Notes: a model not told the origin generated them from the sequence alone. Positions 15,900-32,399 are shown, numbered from the stretch's first letter. The stretch: 64,000 nt of DNA from the human T2T-CHM13v2.0 reference genome, Homo sapiens (GCF_009914755.1 NC_060928.1), one strand, 5' to 3'. Numbers and translations are program-made.

Positions 15900-16256
15900 C
15901 CATCCCCCTTTGAGATTCAAGTTTGTGTGTCTCCTAGAACACCTTAGCGCCAAGTTCGGAAGTAAGTACTTTCCCAAAGCCCTGCGAAAACGCCCCAGAT
16001 GTTTCCTGCGTCACGGAAACAAGCCCAGGTTGGATCTGAAGCATTCTTACGACGGTGGGTCACAGGGCCTGCCCCGCGCCAGCGAGCCCTGCTCCCCCAA
16101 GAGCTGCGGGGTGCACCCGGAGGCCTCCGGCGCTCCCCGGGTTCGCGCCCACCCCTGTTCGCCGGGGAGTGGCCAACAGCGCAGGAAATACGGGCGAAGG
16201 AGATGCCCATTTTATTTCGTGCAGAATTCTGAATCACCAACGAAGACCCTTAGTAA

Positions 16257-16287
<31 letters not shown>

Positions 16288-17600
16288 TTGAGACGGTCTC
16301 AAGCGCGTTGCTGAAGCTGGAGTGCAGTGGCGCGATCAAGGCTCGCTGCGCTGTCGACTTCCTGGGCTCAGGTGATTCTCCCACCTCAGCTTTCGGAGTA
16401 GCTTGGACTACAGGCCTCCGCTACCACGCCCAGCTAAATTTATTTTGGTATTTTTTGTAGAGATGGGGTTTCCCCATGTTGCCCCAGGTTGGTCTCAAAC
16501 TCCTGAGCTCAAGGGATCCACCCGCCTCCGTCTCCCAAAGTGCTGGGAGTAAATTTATACTGTAAATTTATAAATTTATACAGGCCCTAGTAAATTTATA
16601 CTGTAATCTTGGGGAGTTTATTAAATAGTCACTCTCCCCGATTGTTAATTTGTCCTTCCCTTTACGTCCTTCTACCCACCGCCGGAGAAACGGCGATCTT
16701 AAAAGCAAGGATCTAAATCCACTCGAGGTCTCTCCAGGGAACTGCGCTCTCCTTCCGGGGAGCAGAAGGCCGGGGCTTGCCCAAAGTGGGGAAACCCAGA
16801 GGCGGGAGGCTCCCAGTGGCTGGGCAAGAGCGGGGTGCAAATGCGAAACCTGCTCTCGGACGCCGTGACGCTTTGCAGACTGGGGCCCCTCCAAAGTGGG
16901 CGGAGTGAGGAGTGTTGGCCCTGGAGAGCAGGGTGTCCGAGCTCCCGCTGCTTCCGGGTCTCGGCAAGCACTTCCGGGGTGCGAGCCACGCGGCCCGAGC
17001 TCCGCGCTTACCGATTATCACAAATGGTGAAGGAGATTGGCGCCAAAAGGGAACAGTAACAACCGTGGCCGATAATGACGTCGGGATTGGCTACACCAGG
17101 GCCCCCTCTAGTCACGGTCAAGCCCTAGTTTTCAAGCACTTCTGCGTTTGCTCTCGGCCGCCCCAAACATGGGGGATTCTTGATGCGGCTTGAGATGCCC
17201 TGGGAAGCCGCAAAGCCTGGAATCCAGGAGCAGCAGCCTCAGCCTTCCCAGTGCGCCTGTGGTTGCGGGCAATGGGGCACAGCCCTGGCTCCCCTTGGAC
17301 TCTCAGTAGGCACACGAAGAACGGCCTTTCTGCGCTCAGGCCTCTGCGGAGGTCTCTTTCAGGGTCGTTTGGGGTGTCTGGATTCAGAAGGGGGGGCCGG
17401 GCTCTCCCTGACCCTAGAGGGTCAGGAAAGGATTACTGTCGGGCGGAGGTCACAGTGATGCTCTGCCCTTGTTAAACTGGTCAGCTGGAGCGGGCTCCCT
17501 GGATGCAGAGGCATGGGTTATCTAGGAGAATTCAGGTTGTGTTTGGGCGCTAGGTTGAAGGTGCGAGCCGTTCCTCCTGAGGTAATCTCATATGTGAGGC
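15900..17600. promoter_or_regulatory. Orphan CpG island with promoter-type motifs
   Basis: High CpG density, several CTTCCGG (ETS) motifs, GATTGG (CCAAT) at ~17035 and ~17085, GGGCGG, TGACGTCG. Confidence 0.6.
16260..16585 (-). mobile_element. Alu (AluJ-like) with (TG)n tail, 5'-truncated
   Basis: Reverse Alu sequence after (TG)n. TSD-like TAGTAAATTT on both sides. Confidence 0.9.
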
Positions 17601-20600
17601 GGAAATGAACTGGATACACACAGGAACCACCGCGCGTCTTTGCATCCAATTACTCTTAAACAATTGCCCCTTCTCCTTCGGAGCATCCCTTCTACCAACC
17701 AGGATCTATTGTCTCAGCACCTACTTTGTGCTCAGATCTTTGCCAGGTTCTTTGGGGGATACAAGACCACGGAAAGCCAGGTACCTGCGCGTGAACCTAG
17801 TGAGACTGGTGCGTTAATGGAAGGAAGGGAGGGCGCCCATTAAAATTACTTCTCGTGCTGCACTTTTTTGTGGAATGAACCAAAGGCATCCGGAGAAGAA
17901 TATAGTATTGCACGCCTGGACTTCGGACTCAGCTTCCTTTTTCTGACCCTTCCTCAACCTGGCTTTCCCTCTTCAGGAAGAGATTTGGAATTCCCTTTAT
18001 GGTGGGGCGGGGAGGGGTGGGGAAACAGCCAGCCCAGGTAAGTATGTGAGCCACATGGTCCGCGAATGGAAGAAAGGAAAATCATCTCCAAATGCAACCA
18101 GGCAGGTGGGGGTAGTTTGACTCTGAAAGGGAATGGGAAATCTGAATAACCCCGAAGGCAGCAGACTCCATACCCGGTGTTGAGGTGTGAGAAACAGTCA
18201 ACATTTGGAGCCCTGGAGTCAGAAGATTTTTGGCAGCTGTTAGATAACTTCCTGATCTGCAATAAAGTTCATGTGACGGAGAGGATGTTTCCGCTCTCCG
18301 TTGCCTGGCTCCTTTCCTTTCTAAGCCTGCAAGTTTAAGAGATTTTACCAGGTCCCACTTGAATGGTGGCCTAATGTGGGCCCTGGGAGGAGTCCTGGTG
18401 GCCTGAGGCTGCAAAGATTGGATCAAACAGGGGCAGTCACAAGCTCACTGGCCTGTTGCATCCCCAGCTTTCACCTGCCAGGTGACACCAAGGCCTCCCT
18501 TTCTCAAAATGGGGAATCCAGGCTGCTCCATTTTCAGACACCAACCTGTCTGTTCCTGATCCTCCCCACAAGGTCCAAACAAAACAGTTTTTAAAGAAAT
18601 CTGTGTAAAGTTCCAAGCGTCTTCCACAGCCCAGGTGCACTCTGGCTGCAACAGCCTAGTTTCTGGACCATGATCAGGCATAATTAGGGTCTGATCACTA
18701 TAGAAATATATGCAAGATGTTTACTTCCCTTAGTGGAAAAATAGAAGGGGGGTCTGGTGCACAGTGGGACTCACGAAGAAGGAGTGTGCTCTGAGAGCAC
18801 CTAGCACCCGTGGACCTCAAACCCTTCTCAGCTCAGGGAGGGGCAGTGGAATTCAAGCTCAGGTGGTTCCCTACCGACCAGGTCCCTGGGTACGTCCCAG
18901 GGCTCTGGCACAGCTAGAGCAAGTGTCCACCTCTCGGTTTAGGCCAGCTTGACCCTGTGTCGTTCCCACTCCCAAGCCCCCAGTCATATACATGAGGACT
19001 GGCAGCAGGTGGGCAGGAGAAGGTGGTGTTCCAGCTACATCTTGGAGTTTTTGCTTGGGATCCGGCCAGCTTCAGGGACCATCACTTGTGGGGAGGGTTG
19101 GACGTGGACTTCCCAGCTGGATGATAATAGAACTGGCTGAAGAGCAGAAGCCAGAACTCAAGGTTCAGACCTTGTCCACCAAAGTCAGAGATTGCAGATC
19201 AAAGCTATTCAAAAACTCACTTGTAAGACCAGAGAGAAGGACGTGAAGTTCCCAGAGTCCAGGGTCTTGGGGTGGGGAGGGGAGTGTTGCAAGGGTAAAC
19301 AGCTGGCCTAGGAAGCTACACCTCGCCATGCATGGTGAGTGTTGAGGGGAGATGGCTTTTCAAGTTTTTAGGAAGAAAATAGAATTTCCGAAGACACAAA
19401 CACACAGCAATGAGGATATGTGACAAATATCCTTGTTTTGCAAAGGTATAAAGGAGGAAGTCAACATGCTGGAGACCACAAAGTCAGTCCAGAAGCCAAG
19501 ACCCAACCCAGATGTGCCTGACTCTGAATTGCTTTAAGCACTTGCCACTCAGCCTCTGATAAGCAGCTTAAGTTACATCTTCGCGATGTCCCTAATTCTA
19601 TGAGTGGTGGATCTGCCCAAACTCCCAACAGCTTTTAGGAGGGTGTCATTTGTAGCAAAGTAGAGACTTACAATAAACCTCCTGCAGGGGAAGAAGCGGG
19701 GTGCGTGGGGATAGTAAGTTTTCTTAAATGTGCCAGAAGTGTCTTCTATTTTCTGCCCACCATAAGCACGGTGTAGTCTAATTGTTTCCAGTAATTGCAT
19801 TCCAGTCCTGCACAACTGCAAACTCTGGAGCACCGAACCCACTCACGAGCACCACTTCCTCCAGCACTCAGTGGACGCCTAAGAGGCGACTGTGACCATG
19901 TTCGCTGGTGCAGTCCCCCGCTCTCAGCCTTCACACAAAGTCTGAACTACATTGGTTTTTTTTCATTTGAATCCATTTCTTTTTGGTCTTGGCTTAAGAA
20001 ATCACTCTGGTCATTAATAACTGTAATAAGATCACTCTGGCCCAAGTCACCAGGGATGGCAAGGAGCCCAGAGGCTTCCCTGCATGCAGCGCAAACGGCG
20101 TGCTCCTCCGGTAGCCGTATGGGGGAGGACCTATAAGGTACCTGCCAGCACAGCCTGGGGCCTTTCCTACCCCAACTCGTCACCACCGCTGCCTCCAGCT
20201 TTCCCTATCCCAGCCCCAGTGGGTAGAACCAGACAGGAGACTAGACCTCTTTGTCTGCAAATGTGGGACTCCCAGGCAAAAGAAGCTCAGAAATATTGAA
20301 TAAAGGTATTGGACTCTAGAAACCACGTGGAGAAATCTGGTGTAATGGAGGCAAGCAGTTTTAGCTATGGTTGCTGCAAAATATCAAATGCCCTTCAAAT
20401 TTTGTGCACAATTATTTTTATTCTCTTTTCTTAATGTTTCTTTTAATTTTTGTCTTGAATTTCTTGATTTTTAGAGTAGTTGCCAGACCACTGGAGTCCC
20501 TGCCAGGAGAGGAGATGTCACTGAAAGGTCAACACCATCCTTCTCAGAGGAGGAAAAACTGAGTTCAATTCACATTGGCAGCCTAATTCCAGCCCCATGA

Positions 20601-22449
20601 CCCAGGGGGATCATCCTCTTCCTCTAGGGGTTCCTAAAGTGGAATGTGGTGCCCTAGCCACAGCTAGCAGCAGAAACCATGGCAGAGGATGGTAGAGGAG
20701 AGAGAAATGCATGAATGCAGTGCCACTTTCTGAATTTTGTTTTCACTTGTCTGTCAGCCTTGATTGTCACCACTGAATTAGATAATCAATAACTGTAACT
20801 GAAGAAGAGAAATCACCATAGTCTCACCTTCTGTCACTGTAATGACTGTAAAATGAATTAGTATAACCTTGTAGGGGTTAAAAACGCCCATTAAATGACC
20901 ACTCATTTAGCCACCTCCAACTTTAGAATTGCCCCCTTCACCAGAGACAATTAGGGCCTAGATGCCCAAAACCCAGGAAATGCACCTGACACCCCCTAGA
21001 ACATCATTTCCATGTCCAAAGGGAAAGAGAAGGCTCAACAGGGATGAGTGTGGCTTTCAGGACTCTTTAACAACAATTTATCCTCAATGCCCACCTGGAG
21101 TCAGTGCCCTGTAGAGCTGATGGCCCAAAAGGCAGGGATGTGGGGTTCCTCTCCACATCCCTTGCTCGGCCATCAGTATATTGGGACATCAGTACAAGAT
21201 TCTTGTACTGATTCTTGTACATCAGTACAAGATTCTTCTTGCTCAGCCATCAGTACATTGGGAAAGTGAAGAAAAAGGGAAAGGGGAGAGTAGCTAGACA
21301 GCGGAGAAGCTCTGTGCTGGGATTCTGTCTTTGTAGGAGAAAAAATAGGGGGAAATGTCTGCCCAAGCAACTCCCAAACCACAATTGCCTCCTGCCACAG
21401 GCCCGAACACTCCTTTCTTGCTTCCTAGGTTTGCCTGTTCTATCTCACTCCTCCTACCTTCTGCAAATTTTTCAAATCCATAATCTAAAGCATTCTCTCT
21501 AGAGTGTAAGCAAGCAGTCATCAGACAACCTCTCTAGATGAGAAAGAAGGCGTGAAGCAACGGCTGGGAGGTGGAAGCACAAATAATGATGTTTGGAAGG
21601 TGGAGCTCCTGGAGCTTTGCTTTCAAAGGTTAACACGTGGGTTTCCAGAGCTCCACACTTCGTTCTTTCCCAGTTTAAGGGTGGGTGGTCCCTTCTGCTC
21701 ACGAAATAAACCTCTGACAAGTGGAGAAACGGCTGAGGTGGCACTTGGAAGTTAGGAACCAAGTTAATCCTCTCCTAGGTTTCCCCGTGCTTCTAAGCCT
21801 GTGTTGTCCCCGCCCGGGCTGAAGGGGGAGCTCTGGGCTCAATTTAGATGGTGTGAGTAGACACTGAAGCCCAGCGAATTTCAGTTTAAATCTCAAACCC
21901 TGGTGTGGTGAGGCAAGAAAGGTGACACTTGAGGGACACATGTATGGTAGGACTCTGGACTCCTCTGGTTGAGTAAGAGAGTCATGGTAACTTTGACTTT
22001 CCTGTGGGTATTTTAGAGGAATAGGGACGTAGGCCCTACAGCTTAAAATAGTGCCCAAAGTTTCAATTCCTTAGAAAGGGATTTCCCATCACTTAAATCA
22101 CCCTCTAGGAGTGTATGCTAGAGGCTCGTGGAGGGCAGTGCAGCCCCGTCTCCCAGGTTACCAGGAGACGGCCCAGGCTGCAGGGCCCCTCAGTGTGCCA
22201 TCAACTCCTCTCATGCCTGGAACTTGTTTGGGTGCACAGATCTACAGCCAGGTCTGCTCTCTTTGCACCTCAATTTTCTTGTAGGCACAGAGACAGGAAA
22301 TGCCCTTCTTACAGTTTGTGAAGATTAAACAATAGGCAGCCTGTAAAATGCCTTCGCACTTAATATGCGATCATTAAAATCAGTTCCTTCCCTCCTGTCC
22401 TGAGGGTAGGGGGGGGCAGATTTTATTACTTCTCTTTTCCTGATAGCAG

Positions 22450-25700
<3,251 letters not shown>

Positions 25701-26741
25701 CTCCTTCCTTCTCTTTCTGGCCCTCATTTCCCCTGCTTCTCACTTTAGTTCACTGCTGTTTTAAAAATTCATATGCGGGCTCATTTAAAAAGCAATTTCA
25801 CATTTTAAAGACTGCAGCAGCAGAGGGAGAATTACAAATAGGATTGATTTAATTAGCTGGTAATGCTTCTCTCATGCCCTATAATTAAACAGAAATCCTA
25901 ATGGCGTTTCAGGGCCCAAAAGTGATTATTACTAGCATATTTTACATTTACATTAAAACGCTGTCCCCGGGGTGTAATCCAGGATCTGGCTCCATTTATT
26001 CAAATTTCTAACCTGAGTACTGAAGCCAGAATACTGCTCCCCAGCAATGGAAGGATGGCGTGTGGGGGCTGTGGTTTGGTTTGTTTGGCTAATTTTAACT
26101 TTTGTTCTGTTCTGTTCCTAAGGCCTAAGGAAAGCAGCCGATGGCTCCCAAGACAACTCTGTCCGGCCAGTACTCCAGGGCAACTTCAACCCCACTAGGA
26201 CCCAGGCCAAAACCATATATATATATATATATATGAATTAACGCAAAACAGAGCCACTTTGGTGCCTACCCCTCCACAAGTAGGTAGGCACATCCAGGTA
26301 GCTCTGTCAGAAGATGGGACCTGGCGCCTTGCAGGGGTAGCCCTATGGAGATCCAGAAGCCCCGTTTCGAGCTACGAAGTCTCTCTTCTACTGCAGTCTT
26401 CTCTCCAACGTGGAGATCTAGCAACTTCCCTCCCCCTGGGATTCCCTGTGAATCCACTCTAGTTGGGATATAGCCTCTCTACAGCTCAGTGACGTAGCGC
26501 GCCAAAACCAAGTACCCACCCCGGCAACTGGAAGACCTAGCTGTCCTCCATCCCGCCTCCGCAGTCGATAATCTCCAGGATCCAAGCAAAGTGCCTGTCC
26601 ACGTTGTCACCAGATCCACAAGCGCTTTTGATGAGAGCTGCTACCCTTTTGGAAACACGATTCCCTCTCCCTAGTAGAGAAGAATCTATTCTTCTGGGCT
26701 GGCGTAGACAAAGAATAACCAAGATAAAGTATGTGGTGTGA

Positions 26742-27066
<325 letters not shown>

Positions 27067-29129
27067 TGGAAAACATTAGCTTCTAATAGCAGTCTTGGAG
27101 TGGAGTGAAGACGTTCAGGAAGTGGTGGAGATAGGCCTGCTCAATTAACCGGCCCCAGATATCATTTCTCTGGCTACCTCTTTTCTCGCCTGGCCTGGCC
27201 CTCTATACCGTTTTTTGTTTGTTTGTTTTGTTTTGTTTTTTTTCTGCAAAACGTTTTCTGCTGCAACTTTCTCTTTATTTATGCCTTTATCTTTCTTAAA
27301 CAAGAGGTCCCTGGAAATAACTAACTAAGGAGGGGAGAGGAACCCCCTCACCCCCAATTTCATGAATGAGTGCTACATTCATGCTGGCCGGGTACCAAGA
27401 GCATCTTTAGATCTTTAGACCTGAGTCTTCTCATCTGTGAAAAAGAGGTTAAAGCAGATGAACCCTAAAGGCCCATTTCCAGTCTTAAATTCAACACTTT
27501 CAAGACAAAACTTTTCTTCTGTATTCCTGAGTGTGTATATATATGTTATGTAATATATATTATAATGTATATATATAAACTTGGCTTAGTAATGTTCTGT
27601 GCTGAGATGCAGATGAGGAGGACATTTTAAACTTCTAAGGGTGCCCTCCCTCTGGTTGTTTCCTCCCAGACGAGCATTCTTTGTGGAACAGAAAGAGATC
27701 CTCAGGGTGGAAAGCACCAGAGGCAGGTCTCCTGAATACGGTGCTATCCAAGTCTACTCATGGTCACATGATTCATTAGGACTGTAAATCCTCATCAGAA
27801 CACAAGCATCAGACTCTCTGACCCTGCCAATTCAAGTACTAATGGTAAAATCGTCCAAGAGGCTGGCCAACATATGCACACATTAATTAGAGTTATGTGG
27901 GCCTTTGGCTTCCAGTCTGATGAACAGCTCCAGGGATGCAGGGGGCAGAGGGTTTGGGGTCCTTTTCACCCAGCAGATGCCCTTTGGTCCTGAGAGGGCA
28001 TTAGTCCAATACAGTGGGTGATCTGAAAGCTAACCCCTTTCAGAGGATGGCTTAACCTCAGCAACTAGGCTAAAACCTAGCAGTGGGTCCCTAAGAGGGA
28101 CAGGGGAAAAAAATCTGTTCAGAGGAAATGAGAATCAGCAGTAAGCTTTTGTTGTTATTACTTCATCTTGTATTATTATGAGACAGGAGTGGGGAGAAGC
28201 CCAAGGTGAAAGAAGAGAAATTTTTGGTATGCATGGAAGACGTGGATACTTAGCAACCCTCTCCCCTGGCACTCAAGTGCACACGCAGAGAAAGTAATTG
28301 CTATATTCCATCTAGAAGCTGAAAATGCTTTCAACACCATTTACAAGGATAAGGGAAGGAGCAGCTGAGGGGAGCATGGGTTTGATTCAACTTAACTGCA
28401 ATTCTGGCCAGGTACCACAAGTCACAGAGCATCCCAGAGAGCAGAATCCCAGAGAGTGTCCCCCATCCCTGGCAAGGGACACTATGCATGGCACTTTTCC
28501 TACAAGATGTGTCCTTTTCTCCATCCATATCTAACTCCTATGTGGAGGAGAGTCAAGGTCACTCACAGTCTCTATTAGACTTGGGGAGCAAGACCCCTCA
28601 GCCTCTCCAAGGGTCACATTGATGTAAATGAAGGTGTCATCCGCTCTTGTAGGGAACAGTCACCTCTGGCTTTACCTTCATGCCTTTTTGAATTGTAAAG
28701 GGCAAAATGCCTGGAGTCTATCAAGTCTACACATAGTTATTATACTGCAAAATTTGTCTCAATTGTTTTGTGATAAATGTGTATTTCCCAATCCCCCACC
28801 TCCTTCCATTATAACCCATATGAACCATCTATGGACTAGAACATAGCAAAAAACCTCTCTATGGTAGGAGAAAATGTATTTATTACTTATATGATGCAAA
28901 CAATGTAGACCTTTTCATTTTGAGTTGGAGAGAGGGGACACACAAAAATTGAGAAGCCACATTCCCACAATTCTAGGCAGAATTTGATCTCACTTTTTTA
29001 CTTCTTTTATTTCTCTTTCTCCCTTTTTTCTTATTCTTTGTCCTCATCCACAGAGAAAAGACAATCCAATCTGGAGTCCTAGGGATTGATTATTCCACAT
29101 TTGTCCCTATCTTCTCTTTCCCAAGAGAA

Positions 29130-30395
29130 GATCCCTTTGTTTCTGAGTTTACATCATGAAAGGAGTTTACATCATTACTCCCCCCTTTTTTATTTAAACT
29201 TAAAGTACATGAGTAACAAGAACTCTTACACCTAGGTAAAGCCTTGGGAAGGGAGCAAACTGCTCAGGCTGCTAAGGTGTAAGAGGATGTATGTGAAGGG
29301 GAGTGCTCTGAGAGGCAACCATTTCTAGGGAAAGGTCTTGTCCTCTTAGTAACAACAACAAAAGAAGTCCATTTTCAAACATCTATTAGACAATGTCAAT
29401 CTTTCTTTTCAATTGTATGCTTAGCTTAGCAAAGAGAGTCAGGTGGAATCTCACACCTTGCCCAAATTGTATTTGGTGTGAGGCTCTTCAAAGCTTCCAA
29501 GACACCATCCTTCTCCTCTCCCCCTATCAGTGGAACAGATAAAACTGGAGCAACCTGCATTATTCTAAAACCATAGAGATGATATTTCTGTTTGCTTTTC
29601 TACTCATTAGGAAGCTCTGAGAGGATGCATAAGAAATGAATCACAGTGGGTGAAGAAACTGGACAGACTTTAGTGGGTGAGGAAACTGGGGAGACTTTTC
29701 ACATGTACATTTTGGGTATTTTTAAACCATGAGAATTACTGCCTATTCATGAAAAATTAACCTGAGTAGAATATATATGAGAGAGTTGCTGCTAAATATA
29801 TTCCACATAATACCACATATTGAGGAGGAGGATGTTACCTACTGAAGATATGGGATTGAAAAACATGCAATAACTTTCTGTTTTGCTCAATGGGTCATAA
29901 GTTGAAAATTAGACTAGAAAACATTTGTTCAGAGAAGTACAAAATCTTAGGTGAGGCAAAATGCACACTAGTCCTCTCCTCCCTTATCTTTCCAAATGGG
30001 GAGACTTGTCAGTTTAAAGCCATTTGCTCCTCCAGTTAAGTTCTAGGATCGTAGACTTGGAGGACTGGCTGAGCCATCAGTCCCAAGTGGAAAGGCTAAG
30101 CTAAGCATACAACTGAAAAGAAAGATTGACATTGTCTAATAGATGTTTGAAAATTGACTTCTTTTGTTGTTGTTACTAAGAGGACAAGACCTTTCCCTAG
30201 AAATGGTTGCCTCTCAGAGCACTCCCCTTCACATACATCCTCTTACACCTTAGCAGCCTGAGCAGTTTTCTCCCTTCCCAAGGCTTTACCTAGGTGTAAA
30301 AGTTCTTGTTACTCATGAACTTTAAGTTTAAATAAAAAAGGGGGGAGTAATGATGTAAACTCTTTTCATGTTGTAAACTCAGAAACAAAGGGATC
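29130..30395. repeat. Long inverted repeat: 301-bp arms (29130-29430 and 30095-30395), 664-bp spacer
   Basis: Manual reverse-complement alignment gives about 7 substitutions and no indels. Confidence 0.93.
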
Positions 30396-31360
30396 AACTA
30401 AGCAGGGTGTGGAACAATCGACCCCTTCTACCCATAGGTCATTAAATGGCTGCTGGATGCCAAAAAGATTTTAAGCTAGAACTGTTTTCCTTTTCAAGAA
30501 ATATGCAAATAAACAAACAAACTCTACCAAAGGATAGAGCTCTTCAGGTCATTCTTTTGTTTATTTCTCCTGCAGCTTTTCCTGTTGCATAGTCCCAGCT
30601 AATAAACAACTTAAGCCACTCTTACAGTGAAGTTCAAATTGCAAAATAAGAGACTTAACTGTCTTGTTTAAAGGTATGCTATATATCAAGTCACAAGGCA
30701 ATAATATCTATTCTATCCTTTTGCGGCAATAAACAGACCCGCCCCAAAACACAAAATCAGATGGCCTTTTCCCACAAAGGCAGGTGGTTAACAATAGGAT
30801 TTCCAAAGGGCACTCATTTATGTTGGAAGCTGATAGGCATTTCACATAGTGACCAGGAGAAAGAATGGGTCAATGTTTGTAATACCCAAAAAGGTGGCAA
30901 CTGGGGGAAACGGTGGGGCAGGAAGGAAATGGAAGGGAGTTGAAAGCATCCTTGGTTTCCCCAGCTGTTTGCAGAAGTTGGAACATACGGTGCCAGGATT
31001 TTTCCAAGATGGCAAGGGATAGAAAGTAAAATTATTCCCCTCTGCCCCCCGCCAAAGAATGCCTTCCAACAAATAAAGATGTATTCGCAGTTTGGAGACT
31101 TTTCTCCTTCCACAGGAAATGAGCAGAGGTCACTTAGAACCAATTCTCATCATTTAGTAAAAATAACAGGGTGATAATAGAAGCAACAGAAGGAGTCAAG
31201 GTGTTTGTGCTAAAAAAAAAAAACTTTAAGTTCAGGCCTGGCCTGGAGTGGGAATATCCAAATGGGTTCTTCATATTTCAAGTTTTATAGACAGTCTTTT
31301 CCCTAAAGGATATACTTTCATTAGGTCATAAATGCACCAACAGATGAGAGAGGGAAAGAG

Positions 31361-31392
31361 GTGTGTGTGTGTGTCTGTGTGTGTGTGTGTGT
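31361..31392. repeat. (GT)n microsatellite, interrupted
   Basis: Read directly from the sequence. Confidence 0.9.
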
Positions 31393-32399
31393 TTGCATGT
31401 GGCCAGAATGGCAGAGCAGGTATGGAGGTCAGGCTGTGCGGGGAGGTGGTGGGGCTGTGTGTCACCCACCTGTGAGGGCAGCAGCCAGGGACTACGACTT
31501 CAGGTGGCCCTCTGTGCCTAGGCTTCTCCTTGGTTATCTTAGTTCTCAGGTTTCCCGTGGGTTCCACTGAGGCTCCTAATTGCTCCAAATCCAGGCATTT
31601 ACTTGCCTAAAGGCCACAAGAAGTGGGGTGGGGACGTATCTTTTTCAGAGAGTTTGTTAAAAATTTAACTCAGAGAAGTGTATTAGTTGGGGCCTCAATG
31701 CCTGAACTTGGGTGGGAGAAAAATGGGTTGTTTGGCGACTTTCATTTCTCGCTGGACCCCAATTCCCCAGATTGGAGAGGTTTACCTCCTCCAAAACCCA
31801 AGGGGCCCAACTGGGTGCCCCTCGGGGGCCAATGCTCTTCATCTTCCCACTCCCTGTTCCATGCAAGAGAGGACTTTGCAGACAGAATCGTCCTGACCCG
31901 ATAGCCACGTAGGCTTCCTTCCGAGCACTTCTCAAAGTGAGTCTGGGTTTTGCTACCAGTATCAATTAGCCGCTTCTGGCGAATCCCAGAGAATGTTTAA
32001 TTAACTCCACAGCTCTGATTCACACTTACAGGTTGGTAGCAGTTTAAAATTATTGTAAAACACCACCCGGATAATATATTTACTTTTTGTCTAGGCCAGA
32101 TTAGCAAGACACGCGCACACACTCTACGTTTAAGTCACACCCTGCAATGCAGAGAAAATATTTCAATAGGCATCTGCAGGCGGCCGAGAAGAACTGGAGC
32201 AATGATTATTTTCCTCCTTTTTTGATTTTCTGTTTCTAAAGAAAGCACTGGTATCAAGGACGAGTTAGGTAATGCGTATTAAAAGGCAAGCAGGTCGCTC
32301 TCGTTTACGCCCAATCATAGTTCATAGTTCAAGGAAAACTGCCTTTAATTGACACCGTGTATATTCCTCTGCTCCTCTCAGGCTGCCCTGGCAGGGACG

